Below are positions 28,987 to 39,481 of a DNA stretch of 64,000 nt, piece by piece. Made by a program: the position numbers and the translations under genes. Below the pieces are notes generated by a model. The model did no database searches. It saw nothing but the letters and a program-made list of their open reading frames with translations, and had not been told where the DNA came from. Numbering within the stretch: the stretch's first letter is position 1; each line of letters starts with the position of its first letter. This DNA comes from Chitinivibrionales bacterium (lineage in GTDB: Bacteria; Fibrobacterota; Chitinivibrionia; Chitinivibrionales; WJKA01). Location: assembly GCA_038247415.1 (NCBI GenBank), contig JBBRUX010000013.1, positions 13,020-77,019 of the forward strand, read 5' to 3'.

Positions 28987-30042
28987 ATGAATAAGCTCTC
29001 CCTTAAAATTGCAAAATATTACTGGACCTATCTCGATTCGCTATGCCATCGATTAAAAAAGACCTCTACCGCATCAAACAAAATACTCTTGTGCCGATCG
29101 GATGGCCTTGGTGACTTTTTTTTGCTGGTTCCATTTCTACAGCAACTTACTCTGCGTAATTATTCAATAGTCTGCGCTGGCCCAGCTCTTAATAAGGAAA
29201 TTATTGATTATCTCTCGCTTAACGTTGAATACATCTCTCAGGAAAACCACTCCGTGAAAGCATTTATGGCAACCATGGAGCGCATTAATCAGCATACATA
29301 TGCGTATGCCTTTAATCTGAGTATGAATATCTGGGGCGGGTTTATCGTCAACCAATCTCGCGCGGTCCGCAAAATTGGTCTTTTGCAAGAGCGCGAGCAG
29401 TACGTTTACAAAGGAGCCAGTCTCTTTTACCATAAAACTTTTTCGTATCCTGCACACACTCACTCATTTACGGTGCTCAACACTCTCTTTGCCGACACCC
29501 TTACGATTGCGCCCATTATCCCCACAATCTCAAAAAGCTCCACATCTCAAGGGACAATACTCTTACACCCCTTTGCCCGATGGAAACCTCGTCAATGGCC
29601 CCATTTTGATGCATTTGCAAGAAAACTCATTGACAATGGACATACCATAGCTATTTTGGGGACCACGCAGGAGTGCTCTTTACATTCATGGGTTGAAACG
29701 ATCGCGGAAAATACCAACTGCACCGTTATTGCCGCTCAAAACATATCAGACCTTTTAAAAGTGATCGATTCCTGTTCTGTATTTATCGGGAACGATTCCG
29801 GACCAGCCCACTACGCTGCCCTCATTGGAAAACCCACACTTGTTGTTTGGGGCCCCGGATTTCTAGAACGAATTCAACCGCTTGGGCCAAAAGTTACAAT
29901 ATGCAGTATCCCCATTGCGTGCAGACCATGCAGGCAGAAAGGGAATGTTTGCAGCAAGGGAATTAATAGCTGTTTAGAAGATTTGACTGTAGAGAAGGTG
30001 TGGGAGGCGTTTAGGGATGTGGAGATGGAATCAAATCTTTAA
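28987..30042 (+). CDS. Glycosyltransferase family 9
   Basis: RSDGLGDF, HPFARWKPRQWP, IGNDSGPAHYAA, CRPC...C. Confidence 0.88.
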   Translation: MNKLSLKIAKYYWTYLDSLCHRLKKTSTASNKILLCRSDGLGDFFLLVPFLQQLTLRNYSIVCAGPALNKEIIDYLSLNVEYISQENHSVKAFMATMERINQHTYAYAFNLSMNIWGGFIVNQSRAVRKIGLLQEREQYVYKGASLFYHKTFSYPAHTHSFTVLNTLFADTLTIAPIIPTISKSSTSQGTILLHPFARWKPRQWPHFDAFARKLIDNGHTIAILGTTQECSLHSWVETIAENTNCTVIAAQNISDLLKVIDSCSVFIGNDSGPAHYAALIGKPTLVVWGPGFLERIQPLGPKVTICSIPIACRPCRQKGNVCSKGINSCLEDLTVEKVWEAFRDVEMESNL

Positions 30043-30127
30043 GTTAAGAGATTTTTAAAACATTAGCGTTTGTATTTAATTTGAAAGTCGAAAAGCCAAA
30101 AGATCAAATCTCCTCAACAATATTCAT

Positions 30128-30847
30128 TTAGCTGCTTTTATTTGCTTTATGCTGTTCCTTTATGCTTGACTTATAATATCCAAATTTAGAGCCCTGGAAA
30201 GTAATCATCGGATGCGACCAATACACATTGAGCTTTAGCATTGGCTGCAAATAGTTTAATTCCCAGTCGATTGGCAAGTGAAATGGAAAACCATTTTGAA
30301 CCAGAGCTTGTGCAGCTCGAGCTGAGACCATATACGAATCGGTAAATCTGCTCTGACTTTTCTTGTTTTTAAAAATGTATTTTTTGCCAAGTATATTTTG
30401 AATTCTGTCATATCCTGTCATCGGAGCTGGTCTTCGGCCACATCCTTTTCCAAAATAAAATATATCACAATCTGTGGGTAATTCGGCTGTAAAGCAATTA
30501 AAAAGCTGTTTAAAGTGTTTTTTAAAAATTACATCATCTTCAAATATAACAGCATTCGCAACTCCACTAGACACGATGCGGCGATAACACTCAAAATGCT
30601 GCAAGGTTACCTCAATCTCAGCTTTACTCAGCGTGCTGGTCTGTTTTACTCCATATTTAGAAAAATCAGTAGCATTGCGCTGAGCAAGCGCTTCCTGCGA
30701 TGCATCATACACTTCATTCATTGTATAGAGCGAGATATCGTGTTCCGTTACCCATTCGATGTCATTAAACCCAAGCTCTGCAAAAGCCGATTCGAGATAG
30801 ACTCGTCTTTCTTTTAATGGCGTGTAATGACAGATAAAGGTTTTTAT
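30128..30847 (-). CDS. Glycosyltransferase family 25 (LPS biosynthesis); apparent ATA start
   Basis: The frame is open 42 codons upstream of the tracked ATG (IKTFICHYTPLKERR...), bounded by TAAGGA. Core motifs: AEI...LQH, IFEDD, DSYMVS..AA, LPIDWEL. Confidence 0.72.
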   Translation of the reverse strand: MKTFICHYTPLKERRVYLESAFAELGFNDIEWVTEHDISLYTMNEVYDASQEALAQRNATDFSKYGVKQTSTLSKAEIEVTLQHFECYRRIVSSGVANAVIFEDDVIFKKHFKQLFNCFTAELPTDCDIFYFGKGCGRRPAPMTGYDRIQNILGKKYIFKNKKSQSRFTDSYMVSARAAQALVQNGFPFHLPIDWELNYLQPMLKLNVYWSHPMITFQGSKFGYYKSSIKEQHKANKSS

Positions 30848-30928
30848 GGGGAATCCTTAACTAAGTAAAAGTTTCAGATTTAGTAAAAAATGCTTAACAA
30901 ACATCAGTACCCACCATATATTTTTAAC

Positions 30929-32101
30929 CTAGCTGCTCTTTCTAACCTTTTCTAAAGCCTTCATATATCCCGCATAAGTAAGTTCAGCTGTCCGTTTCCA
31001 CGAATACTCCCCAGCTCTTTTTAATCCTTTTTCCCTTAACTCAATTCTCAATTCTGCATTATCAATAAGCTTAATCATCCCATCCCTCATTGAGTCAAAA
31101 TCATACGGATCGACCATGATGGCAGCGCCGTCGGCAATTTCTGTCATTGAGCTTGTTCGCGAAGTTGCAACGGGACAACCGCAGGCCATTGCCTCTATAA
31201 TAGGCAATCCAAAACCTTCAAAAAAAGAATAGAAAACAAAACCATGCGCATTGTTATAAAAATTTACAAGATCGTTATTTTCAACATTGGTGAGAATTGG
31301 CATTCTCGCTTTAAATTTCGATTGTTCATGGGCTGATAAAAATGAATCGGTATACGGTGATTTGCTTACCTGTCCTATAAAAACGAGCTGAAATTCAGGA
31401 TATCGTTCTGCAATTGATTCAAATATTCTAAGCATGCCAAGAATATTTTTGCGATCCTGAAGCTGACCAACATACAGCAAATAAGGCCGATTAGTTTCAA
31501 GCAAACCGTACTTTTTAAGAAAAACGCGATTCCTTTCTCGTACACAAAAGCTTGGATGAGCAGCCAAAGGAACTGTCATTGTTTTAGAAGCTGCATCCGG
31601 ATAGTATGTTTCAATTTCTGATTGTGTGAATTTAGAATCTGCAAATATCGCTTGTGATTTTCTCATGACAATAGCCATTAGACTTTTGAATTTATCACGT
31701 GATTTTTGTGAAACCCAATCATTTATCTTTAAGGGAATTAAATCATGCACAGTTGTGACAACCCTTGGCAAGCGTTCTGGAAAAAATGTCGGAACTGTCG
31801 AATGAAATAAATTATATTGACTAGCAGCAATTCTTTCGAACCCATACGATATAGCATTGTTCAATGACATGACGCCTTTTCCTAAAAGCAATGGATTAGG
31901 AAGAGTGTTTTTAATGACAATATTCGGATTTTCTCCACACAGTTGCAGACATACTTTTTTTTTCATCCAATAAGTTAATAACTGAAATTCATCGTGGGGA
32001 TAAGACTCTCCCAAGGCATTTATAAGTTCAGTACCATAGGTTTTAATTCCACATACCGGGAGACAGCCTAGTGCATAGGCATCAAATGCTACACGCATCA
32101 T
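30929..32101 (-). CDS. Glycosyltransferase family 4 (MtfB-like)
   Basis: VTTVHDLIP, RKN, SFFEGFGLPIIEAMACGCPV, YSWKRTA. Confidence 0.92.
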   Translation of the reverse strand: MMRVAFDAYALGCLPVCGIKTYGTELINALGESYPHDEFQLLTYWMKKKVCLQLCGENPNIVIKNTLPNPLLLGKGVMSLNNAISYGFERIAASQYNLFHSTVPTFFPERLPRVVTTVHDLIPLKINDWVSQKSRDKFKSLMAIVMRKSQAIFADSKFTQSEIETYYPDAASKTMTVPLAAHPSFCVRERNRVFLKKYGLLETNRPYLLYVGQLQDRKNILGMLRIFESIAERYPEFQLVFIGQVSKSPYTDSFLSAHEQSKFKARMPILTNVENNDLVNFYNNAHGFVFYSFFEGFGLPIIEAMACGCPVATSRTSSMTEIADGAAIMVDPYDFDSMRDGMIKLIDNAELRIELREKGLKRAGEYSWKRTAELTYAGYMKALEKVRKSS

Positions 32102-33263
32102 TATTGCATTCCTGTTCTAATACTTTTTGATAGCCATTATATGTTAGTTCTGCAGTACGCTTCCATGAATATTCTGCTGCCCGAAGCAAACCGTTTTCCT
32201 GAATTTGCAAGCGCGCACTTTTATCAAGAATTAATGTTTGCATCCCATGGTTTATTGATTCTTGACTATAGGGATCTATCATAAAAGCTGCTCCTCGAGC
32301 TATTTCACTCATAGAACTTGTATCCGATGCAACAACAGGGCATCCGCATGCCATCGCTTCTATTATTGGCAATCCAAAACCCTCGAAATAGGAACAATAT
32401 GCCATGCCAAGGGCATTGTTATAAAAATGCACAAGATCATTATTTGATACATTAGAAATTATTTTGATTCGATTCGAATATGGAGATGTTGCGATGTGAT
32501 TGAGCACAGTATTTACATATTCACTCTGCCGAAAGCTTCCAATAAAATAATAGTGAAGGTCCGGCATTGTATGAGCAACAGATTCAAATGCTTTGATCAT
32601 TGAAAGTGGGTTTTTGCGCTGGTGAATTTCGCCCACCGTTACAAGATACGGTCTTTCTATTTCGTCAATTCCAAACTTCCTTAAAAACAAACGGCTCGGT
32701 TCTTTGACACTAAACATCGGATCTGCTGCAAGCGGGGCAACAACCGTCTTCTGCTCAGCTCCCGGAAAAAATTGGGCTATTTCTTTTTTTGTAAATTCGG
32801 AACTTGCGAATAACAGAATCGACTTGTGGATTATCAAATGTATGCGATTTCGGAAATCTTTTTTTACATGGTCTGAAACCCATGGCTCTTCGTGCAAAGC
32901 AATCAGATCATGAATTGTCGTAATAACGCGCGGCATTGCTGAAGGAAAATTGATAGGATTAGTACAATGAAATAAGTCACACGATCGTGCAATCTGCTTT
33001 TCAAATATCGAATGCCCAGCCTTCACCAACCATTTTAATTGCTTCCCAAGAATTTTTGCATGTGGCAACATGCTCTTGACGGTAAATACAGATGAATTAT
33101 TGAAGATTGCTTGTGTTCTTTTTTTTCTTCGCCAATATGAAATCAGCTGCCATTGATCTTGTGGTGCAAGTTCTGCCAATGCTTTAATAATTTCGATAGT
33201 ATAGGTTCTATTTCCATTCCCTCCCGAAGTTTCAAGATTATAGGTATCAAAAGCTATTTTCAT
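32082..33263 (-). CDS. Glycosyltransferase family 4 (MtfB-like)
   Basis: Start MKIAFD at 33263. ITTIHDL, SYFEGFGLPIIEAMACGCPV, YSWKRTA. Confidence 0.92.
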   Translation of the reverse strand: MKIAFDTYNLETSGGNGNRTYTIEIIKALAELAPQDQWQLISYWRRKKRTQAIFNNSSVFTVKSMLPHAKILGKQLKWLVKAGHSIFEKQIARSCDLFHCTNPINFPSAMPRVITTIHDLIALHEEPWVSDHVKKDFRNRIHLIIHKSILLFASSEFTKKEIAQFFPGAEQKTVVAPLAADPMFSVKEPSRLFLRKFGIDEIERPYLVTVGEIHQRKNPLSMIKAFESVAHTMPDLHYYFIGSFRQSEYVNTVLNHIATSPYSNRIKIISNVSNNDLVHFYNNALGMAYCSYFEGFGLPIIEAMACGCPVVASDTSSMSEIARGAAFMIDPYSQESINHGMQTLILDKSARLQIQENGLLRAAEYSWKRTAELTYNGYQKVLEQECNNDACSI

Positions 33264-33401
33264 ATAGAACACCCATCTTAGATGCATGATTTAAATTTAC
33301 CAACGAAAGTTAGACAAAAGAAAATAATTTTTGGCCATTTTATATAAAACAAGTATTTTCTTTATAGATTTTTCTTTTGACCCTACAAATAAAGGTTTTC
33401 A

Positions 33402-34553
33402 ATGAAAATTGGCTTTGATCCTGTTCAACTAGGCGGCAATTTTGGTAACAGCACGTACACTACCGAGCTTGTGAAATCCTTAGCTCAACAATTTCCAGAG
33501 AATCAGTATCTTATTCCAACCTACCTCGAACGAGGAAAGATATCGCAATCCATCTTTAAAGGACAGCCATCCGTTGGTATTTTGCCGATTATCCCCAATC
33601 CAAAAATGCTCGGAAATCCTTTTAAGAAAAAGCTTACCGCCCTTGGTAAGTCAATCGAACTTAAGACTGCAAAAAAGCATTACGACCTTTACCATTGCAC
33701 GAACCCACTTCTTTTCAACGATTGCGGAAAGCCCTCAATAATTACGATTCACGACTTGATCCCCATGATTAATGAACCTAGCTGGGCGGACTCACGAGAA
33801 AGAAATTTCTATCGGGAGAACTGTGCAGATATATTAAAAAAATGCACAAAGATTATCGCAGACTCAGAATACACTAAAAAGGTTCTCATTGAATTTTTTC
33901 CTTGGTCAGCAGACAGGATTGTAGCAATACCCCTTTCTGCTGCTCCACAATTTACTAAAAGACAATGCACGCGCAATTCACTTGATAAATACCCATTTTT
34001 CAATTCAGGCAAATCCTTTATCCTCTCAGTTGGCGTTTTCTCAGAACGAAAAAATATTCCCTTTTTACTCGATTCATTTGTGGCATTGCCAAAAAGCCTG
34101 CGCGAAGGAATAAACATTGTTCTCACTGGAAACAGGCCTAAAAACAAACTGTACCCGCCAATTCTTGCGCGCATTAAGAAAAACAACCTTGAAAAACAGG
34201 TCTTTCTTGTGCATAACATACCTCAGGAAGACTTAATAGCCCTTTACAACAATGCACTATGTCTCGTATTTCCATCTCTCTATGAAGGATTCGGGCTGCC
34301 TCTTTTGGAAGCTATGTCATGCGGTTGCCCAGTGATTTCATCAAACGCTACCTCATTGCCCGAAGTTGGCGAAGATGCCGCGCTTTATTTTGACCCTCGT
34401 TCGCAAGAATCATGTTCCTCTGTTCTAGAAAAACTCATTGCAAGTAAAGAAATACAAAAGACAATGGCAGAAAAAGGCTTACAACAAGCAGAAAAATTTT
34501 CCTGGCACGAAACAGCCAAATTTACATTCAAAACCTATAGAGATCTTTTTTAA
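33402..34553 (+). CDS. Glycosyltransferase family 4 (MtfB-like)
   Basis: ITIHDLIP, RKN, FPSLYEGFGLPLLEAMSCGCPV. Confidence 0.92.
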   Translation: MKIGFDPVQLGGNFGNSTYTTELVKSLAQQFPENQYLIPTYLERGKISQSIFKGQPSVGILPIIPNPKMLGNPFKKKLTALGKSIELKTAKKHYDLYHCTNPLLFNDCGKPSIITIHDLIPMINEPSWADSRERNFYRENCADILKKCTKIIADSEYTKKVLIEFFPWSADRIVAIPLSAAPQFTKRQCTRNSLDKYPFFNSGKSFILSVGVFSERKNIPFLLDSFVALPKSLREGINIVLTGNRPKNKLYPPILARIKKNNLEKQVFLVHNIPQEDLIALYNNALCLVFPSLYEGFGLPLLEAMSCGCPVISSNATSLPEVGEDAALYFDPRSQESCSSVLEKLIASKEIQKTMAEKGLQQAEKFSWHETAKFTFKTYRDLF

Positions 34554-34602
34554 GCTCGGGTCTGCCAGACATTACATCAAACACAACTCAGATTTCTACA
34601 AA

Positions 34603-35400
34603 TCAATAATCTTTCTTATATACAGCCAACGTTGTATTCGATACATGATAAATTGGTAGTGCTGTAGAAATTTCATGCAAATATCTGCAGACTCCTTCTG
34701 TAGGTAGGCAATTCAAAAGATAATCATGCCACAAGACTATTCCCCCAGGCTTTAGCATTTTAAAAGCTTTCTCGGAGTCACTCTTTACATAGGAATATGC
34801 ATGAGAACCATCAATAAATATCAGATCGCATTTGTTGTGATATTTTGTTTCATCAAAAGTTTTACTATCCCCAAAAATTTGTGTGATTTTCGGCTCCACA
34901 TCTGTTCCTGAATAAACAAATGTCTCAAATGCGGATTCTCTCAACGCAAAACTGATTGCCTCTTTTGAATCGTATTTTTTATTTGTATACTTCTCAACTT
35001 GATGAGGTGATAAAGTAATGGTGATAATGTGGGCATCCTGAGGAGAATTTCTCGCCATGTGATGCGTAGTTTTGCCCGTACAAGTACCAAATTCGAATAT
35101 AAAACTAGAATACTTTGACAATACTGAAATAATCCAAGCCTCCGAATCGCTTGTGCCCCCTGCTAAATTTGGCGTTCTATGAATAAACGATGCTTCACAT
35201 TCAACTGAATATCCGAGATTACTTTGGGTGAAACAACTATGCACCTTTTCCAATACTATCTCTTGAATACGCGGGACGTTTGCAATCTTGGTTTTTCCAG
35301 AAAACCGATGTACTTTTTTTCGGTATCGGATAAATAGATTAAGTAGCACCCCAGATAAGAGCAAAAGCAACCCATTTGTTACCCAGAGATATACCATCAC
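34603..35400 (-). CDS. Class I SAM-dependent methyltransferase (Methyltransf_24-like) with N-terminal TM
   Basis: FEFGTCTGKTT, GDSK, DLIFIDGSHAY..V..D, LKPGGIVLWHDY. Confidence 0.85.
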   Translation of the reverse strand: MMVYLWVTNGLLLLLSGVLLNLFIRYRKKVHRFSGKTKIANVPRIQEIVLEKVHSCFTQSNLGYSVECEASFIHRTPNLAGGTSDSEAWIISVLSKYSSFIFEFGTCTGKTTHHMARNSPQDAHIITITLSPHQVEKYTNKKYDSKEAISFALRESAFETFVYSGTDVEPKITQIFGDSKTFDETKYHNKCDLIFIDGSHAYSYVKSDSEKAFKMLKPGGIVLWHDYLLNCLPTEGVCRYLHEISTALPIYHVSNTTLAVYKKDY

Positions 35401-35464
35401 ACCGTTTTCCTTTTAAATATTGTAATGAAGCACTACCATAGTAACTTTATTTGAAAATTATCGT

Positions 35465-36136
35465 TTACAAACTATGAACCATTGGTAATAACAATCGCTT
35501 AACAGCCCTTACAGGTGACATGTTTCCTTTTTGCCAATCACCTTTCCACGTCGAGACCATTTGATTATAAACCGGATCGGGCAGAGAAACACCGCGCATT
35601 GCAAAATTTTTTTTAAAATGAAGATAGCCAGCATCTGCAATGCTCTGAGCTTCCTTTAAATGATCAAGATAATAGGTGATTTTAGAAACAAGATCCGACA
35701 AATATTTTTTGCATTCAACATAATGAACCTCTGGCATTAGACCGCAATCTGCAAATGTAATTTCAGCAAGACTTTGAACGATACAGAGCGATCTACATGA
35801 AAGACTTTCAAACAATCTAAATGTTAACGGGTTAAACCCATGTAATACCAGCGAAATTTTAGTATCTCCAAGAACCTGGAAATATTTTTTCTGATCAAGT
35901 GTTAGTACTAATAAAGAGGCATCTAAATCTTGCATTTCGATTGACGTTTTAATAATGCCGCCCACAAGAGGCACCTGTGCCGTATTGAGGCATTTAAGGG
36001 CCTCTATACGACTAAATGGTCCGCGCCCTGTTGCAGCCCCATAAAAGCTTAGAGGAATCGTTCGTGTACACATCCATCTTCTTGATAAAAAGCTACTCTC
36101 GTAAATCTTAATACTCGCTCTTTCCCCAGCACACAA
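35465..36136 (-). pseudogene. 5'-truncated glycosyltransferase (Glyco_trans_1_2/CgeB-like C-terminal domain)
   Basis: FRLFESL, HYV...SDLVSKITYYLDH..EA..IADAG. In-frame TAG just upstream, only a TTG start, no clear RBS. Confidence 0.5.
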
Positions 36137-36217
36137 TTTTCTGATAACAAATACACACTTCGAAAATTTCTAAAAGACGATAAACGCCCGATCAACCCTC
36201 GCAGAATCACCCTTACA

Positions 36218-37321
36218 CTACATTCCCTCCACAAGCGCCCGAATTTCTTTTTCGCTCTCGTCAATCATCTGTTCCATACTGAATTTTCTTGTCACGGTCT
36301 GATAGCCCGCCTCGCCAAGACGCTGCATATCTGTAGGATCTGCTATCAATGCTGCCGTTTTTTCGGCAAGCATGGTGATATTCTCGAAGGGAATTAGTAT
36401 CCCATTCTCTCCCTCAGCGATTACCTCATATACTCCCGATATGTCAAATGAAACGACAGGCTTTTTTGCAGCCATTGCCTCAAGCATGGTATTGGGGATA
36501 CCTTCGGAACGAGACGTTAGCCAGAAGAGATCTGCGGCCTGCACAAAATCTGGAATGTCGGATCGGAACCCGGCAAAAATAACGTGCTCAGAAACGTTGT
36601 TTTCTTGTGCCAACTTTTCAAGCTCTCCGGCATCTCCACCGCCAACCAGAACAAGTTTTGCGCGCAGATTTTCCTTAATAAGAAGCGCCATTGCTTTGAT
36701 GGCGTAATCAAATCCTTTTTGCGGAGCAAGCCTTCCAATACCCATAATACAAATGTCAGATTCTTGTAAACCAATGACGTGTCGCGCATTTATTCGTAGT
36801 GTATCGGAAAGTGCACTAGGTTGAACGCCAACATACACAACACGACATTTTTTTTTGTCGAATTGCGGGGTTAATGCCAATACATCGATAATCATTTTTG
36901 TCACCACGAATACCCTGTCAAAGAAGTAGCAAAAAGCAATTTTATTGCGCAGATTATGCAGGGGGCGATCGATTCCGAACATGCCAATAACCCTGGTTTG
37001 CCACCCTGCTTTTGCTGCGAGACCAGCAAGCACATATTCCCTCTGTTTAGAAGGCATAACAACCTGAATATTCTTAAACAGAAAAAAGAACCACAAGTGC
37101 ACAAGTGTGAGAATATCAACATTATTTGCATAAGGAGATTTTACAAAACAAACATTGCCGTGTTGTTTATGAGAATCGAAAAGATTTCCCTTGCATCCAA
37201 AGTACACACTATGCCCCCGCGCAGCCAAGCCGTATGCGGTAAAAAGGGCCCACTTTTCGGTACCTCCCCACTCCCGAGCAGAATTTATTATCATGATTTT
37301 GAGCGGTTTTGAAATATTCAT
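36218..37321 (-). CDS. Glycosyltransferase family 4
   Basis: WGGTEK, GRLAPQKG, SRSEGIPNTMLEAMA. Confidence 0.92.
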   Translation of the reverse strand: MNISKPLKIMIINSAREWGGTEKWALFTAYGLAARGHSVYFGCKGNLFDSHKQHGNVCFVKSPYANNVDILTLVHLWFFFLFKNIQVVMPSKQREYVLAGLAAKAGWQTRVIGMFGIDRPLHNLRNKIAFCYFFDRVFVVTKMIIDVLALTPQFDKKKCRVVYVGVQPSALSDTLRINARHVIGLQESDICIMGIGRLAPQKGFDYAIKAMALLIKENLRAKLVLVGGGDAGELEKLAQENNVSEHVIFAGFRSDIPDFVQAADLFWLTSRSEGIPNTMLEAMAAKKPVVSFDISGVYEVIAEGENGILIPFENITMLAEKTAALIADPTDMQRLGEAGYQTVTRKFSMEQMIDESEKEIRALVEGM

Positions 37322-37339
37322 AGCGTATTTATAATTCCA

Positions 37340-38434
37340 TCATACTGGTTTGCAAAAAAGAGTTTCTACCGAATCAACCATTGCGTTATTGGTAAAGGAT
37401 TGTTTCACGCGCTGCAATCCTGCATTTCCAATATGGGCCCTCAGATCAGGATCACCAAGAACTTTCAGAATTTTTTCTGCAAGCGCCTGCGCGTTTTTAA
37501 TTGGGACAACATACCCAGTTTCACCGTCACAAATTATTTCGTGAGTTCCACCGGCATCGGCTGCAATAACCGCAGTTCCAACAGCCATTGCTTCCAAAAC
37601 AACATTAGGGAGACCTTCGTCAACCGAACTAAGCACAAAACAATCTGCCGAATACATGAGCTCTTGTAAATTATTATGGTGACCAGGAAAATGGACAAAT
37701 CCGCCAACCCCAAACTCCGCAGCCAGTTTTTTATAAGGCGCCTGGTCTCCCGCGCCAGCAATGATTACGTGTGCTGGGATTTTTTTAGAATGAACGATTG
37801 ACAGTGCTTCGATAAGATATTCAAATCCCTTTTGGTAAAACAAGCTACCTGCAGCAAAGATCAGAGGTTGTTGTGCGCTTGTGCACAGCATGAGAAGTGC
37901 ACCACGATTCATACGCGCTGTGTCGGGAAACTCAACCCCATTATGAACAACATCAATTCTATTTTGGTCAAGCCATTTGAACTGTTTGAATTGATCTTTA
38001 ATATACTGTGCTGGTGAAATAATGCGATCAACAATGTATCGATATGCCATTCTGTAGCGCCACTTTTCATACATGAGACACAAGCCTTTGCGGACGTAAA
38101 TCAATGGCACTCCCGCTATTTTTGCCGCGATACCTCCAAGCCTAACATCCTTTTCGAAATTGCAGCAGAGAACATCGGGCTTATGATGTTTAAAGTACAC
38201 AATCAGGGGAATTATTATGCGCAGATCAAAATCTCCATGAATTGGCATTTCTTTAATTGACAGACCACGGGCATGCGCCTTGGAAAGCCATAGCGCTTTT
38301 TTTTTGCCGATACAGGTAATCGTATGACCCCGCCCAGCCAAACCTGCGGCTGCATTTACCATCCACTTTTCTCCACCCCGCCACACATCGGCGCCAATGG
38401 AGTTCATAAAAACTATCTTTTTTGAAGTTGACAT
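37340..38434 (-). CDS. Glycosyltransferase family 4
   Basis: WRGGEK, QKG, SVDEGLPNVVLEAMA. Confidence 0.92.
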   Translation of the reverse strand: MSTSKKIVFMNSIGADVWRGGEKWMVNAAAGLAGRGHTITCIGKKKALWLSKAHARGLSIKEMPIHGDFDLRIIIPLIVYFKHHKPDVLCCNFEKDVRLGGIAAKIAGVPLIYVRKGLCLMYEKWRYRMAYRYIVDRIISPAQYIKDQFKQFKWLDQNRIDVVHNGVEFPDTARMNRGALLMLCTSAQQPLIFAAGSLFYQKGFEYLIEALSIVHSKKIPAHVIIAGAGDQAPYKKLAAEFGVGGFVHFPGHHNNLQELMYSADCFVLSSVDEGLPNVVLEAMAVGTAVIAADAGGTHEIICDGETGYVVPIKNAQALAEKILKVLGDPDLRAHIGNAGLQRVKQSFTNNAMVDSVETLFCKPV

Positions 38435-38439
38435 ATATG

Positions 38440-39390
38440 TTACCTTATGATCTCTTCTGCAAAAGTTCTAATAGCTACCGCAGAGAGTGATTTCATGCAT
38501 TTATATTTGTCAACAAGAGGGCATACACGTTTAAAGCAGGGCGAGCAGTCAACATTCGCGTGTGCTATGCGCACCTTATTTCCCAAAGGTCGCGTCCAAG
38601 CAGGAGATGTAGATCCAAAGATACCAACAACTGGTGTTCCAACATACGCTGCAACATGCATAAGCCCAGAATCGTTAGAGATCACCACGCGCGCCTCCGC
38701 AAGAATCTTAATTGCTTCATCCAACGATGTTTTTCCAACAAGGCAATTAATTCTTGCTGGGTCAATATTGGCCAAAGCTTCTCCCAGTTCACAATCCTTG
38801 GCATCGCCAAGTATCGTGAATTTTGCTTTGCTCCACAGTGTAAGTAGTTCTGCATATCCCGTCCATTGCTTTGCAGGTCCATACGCTGCCCCAATGCAGA
38901 TTACTACTGAATTGGTTTGTGTGCTATCAATAAGGCGTGAACTACCATTCGCATCGGGAGGAGAAATAAAAGGAATGCCCAGCACCTGTGAATATTCATA
39001 CGTTACGTGATTTTGGCGGGTCAAACCCTTTGGCGAAATTGATTCTGTCAACAAAAGATCCCTCAGTTGCCCACGCACACCCCGTCGTACCGAAATAGTC
39101 GACAAAAACCCGAGCCACGCAGCAGAGAAAGACCTGGGCAGGATATATAATTCATCGCACGTATGTGCACGTATCTCACGGAGGCTTGTGCGAAATGCTG
39201 ATTGCGGATGCTTTACAAAACTCACGATGGGAAGGGTTGAAATAGACCGGGCAAGAAGCTCGAGTTTTTTTGGCACAATAAGAATGACACTACACGTATC
39301 ATGAGCACCTTTTTGATTGACAACAGAAAGCGCCATCACGAAATCGCCGATCCAATTTGGCATGAGTATGGCAATTTTTTTCATAGACAA
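38440..39390 (-). CDS. waaF: ADP-heptose:LPS heptosyltransferase II
   Basis: PNWIGDFVMA, GAAYGPAKQW, GKTSL, SNDSGLMHVAA, CSPCFKRVCP. Confidence 0.85.
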   Translation of the reverse strand: MSMKKIAILMPNWIGDFVMALSVVNQKGAHDTCSVILIVPKKLELLARSISTLPIVSFVKHPQSAFRTSLREIRAHTCDELYILPRSFSAAWLGFLSTISVRRGVRGQLRDLLLTESISPKGLTRQNHVTYEYSQVLGIPFISPPDANGSSRLIDSTQTNSVVICIGAAYGPAKQWTGYAELLTLWSKAKFTILGDAKDCELGEALANIDPARINCLVGKTSLDEAIKILAEARVVISNDSGLMHVAAYVGTPVVGIFGSTSPAWTRPLGNKVRIAHANVDCSPCFKRVCPLVDKYKCMKSLSAVAIRTFAEEIIR

Positions 39391-39481
39391 TTTAGTAAAT
39401 CCATACGAAACATTTCGATCGATATTTTTGGCCCTTTAATCGTTTCCATCAGCACTCCACATCCATAAAACCGTATGATTT

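Noticed and set aside
31955..38305. A8-A9 runs in GT4 genes as phase-variation tracts
   Set aside because: They encode Lys runs in intact frames, and similar runs occur throughout the window.
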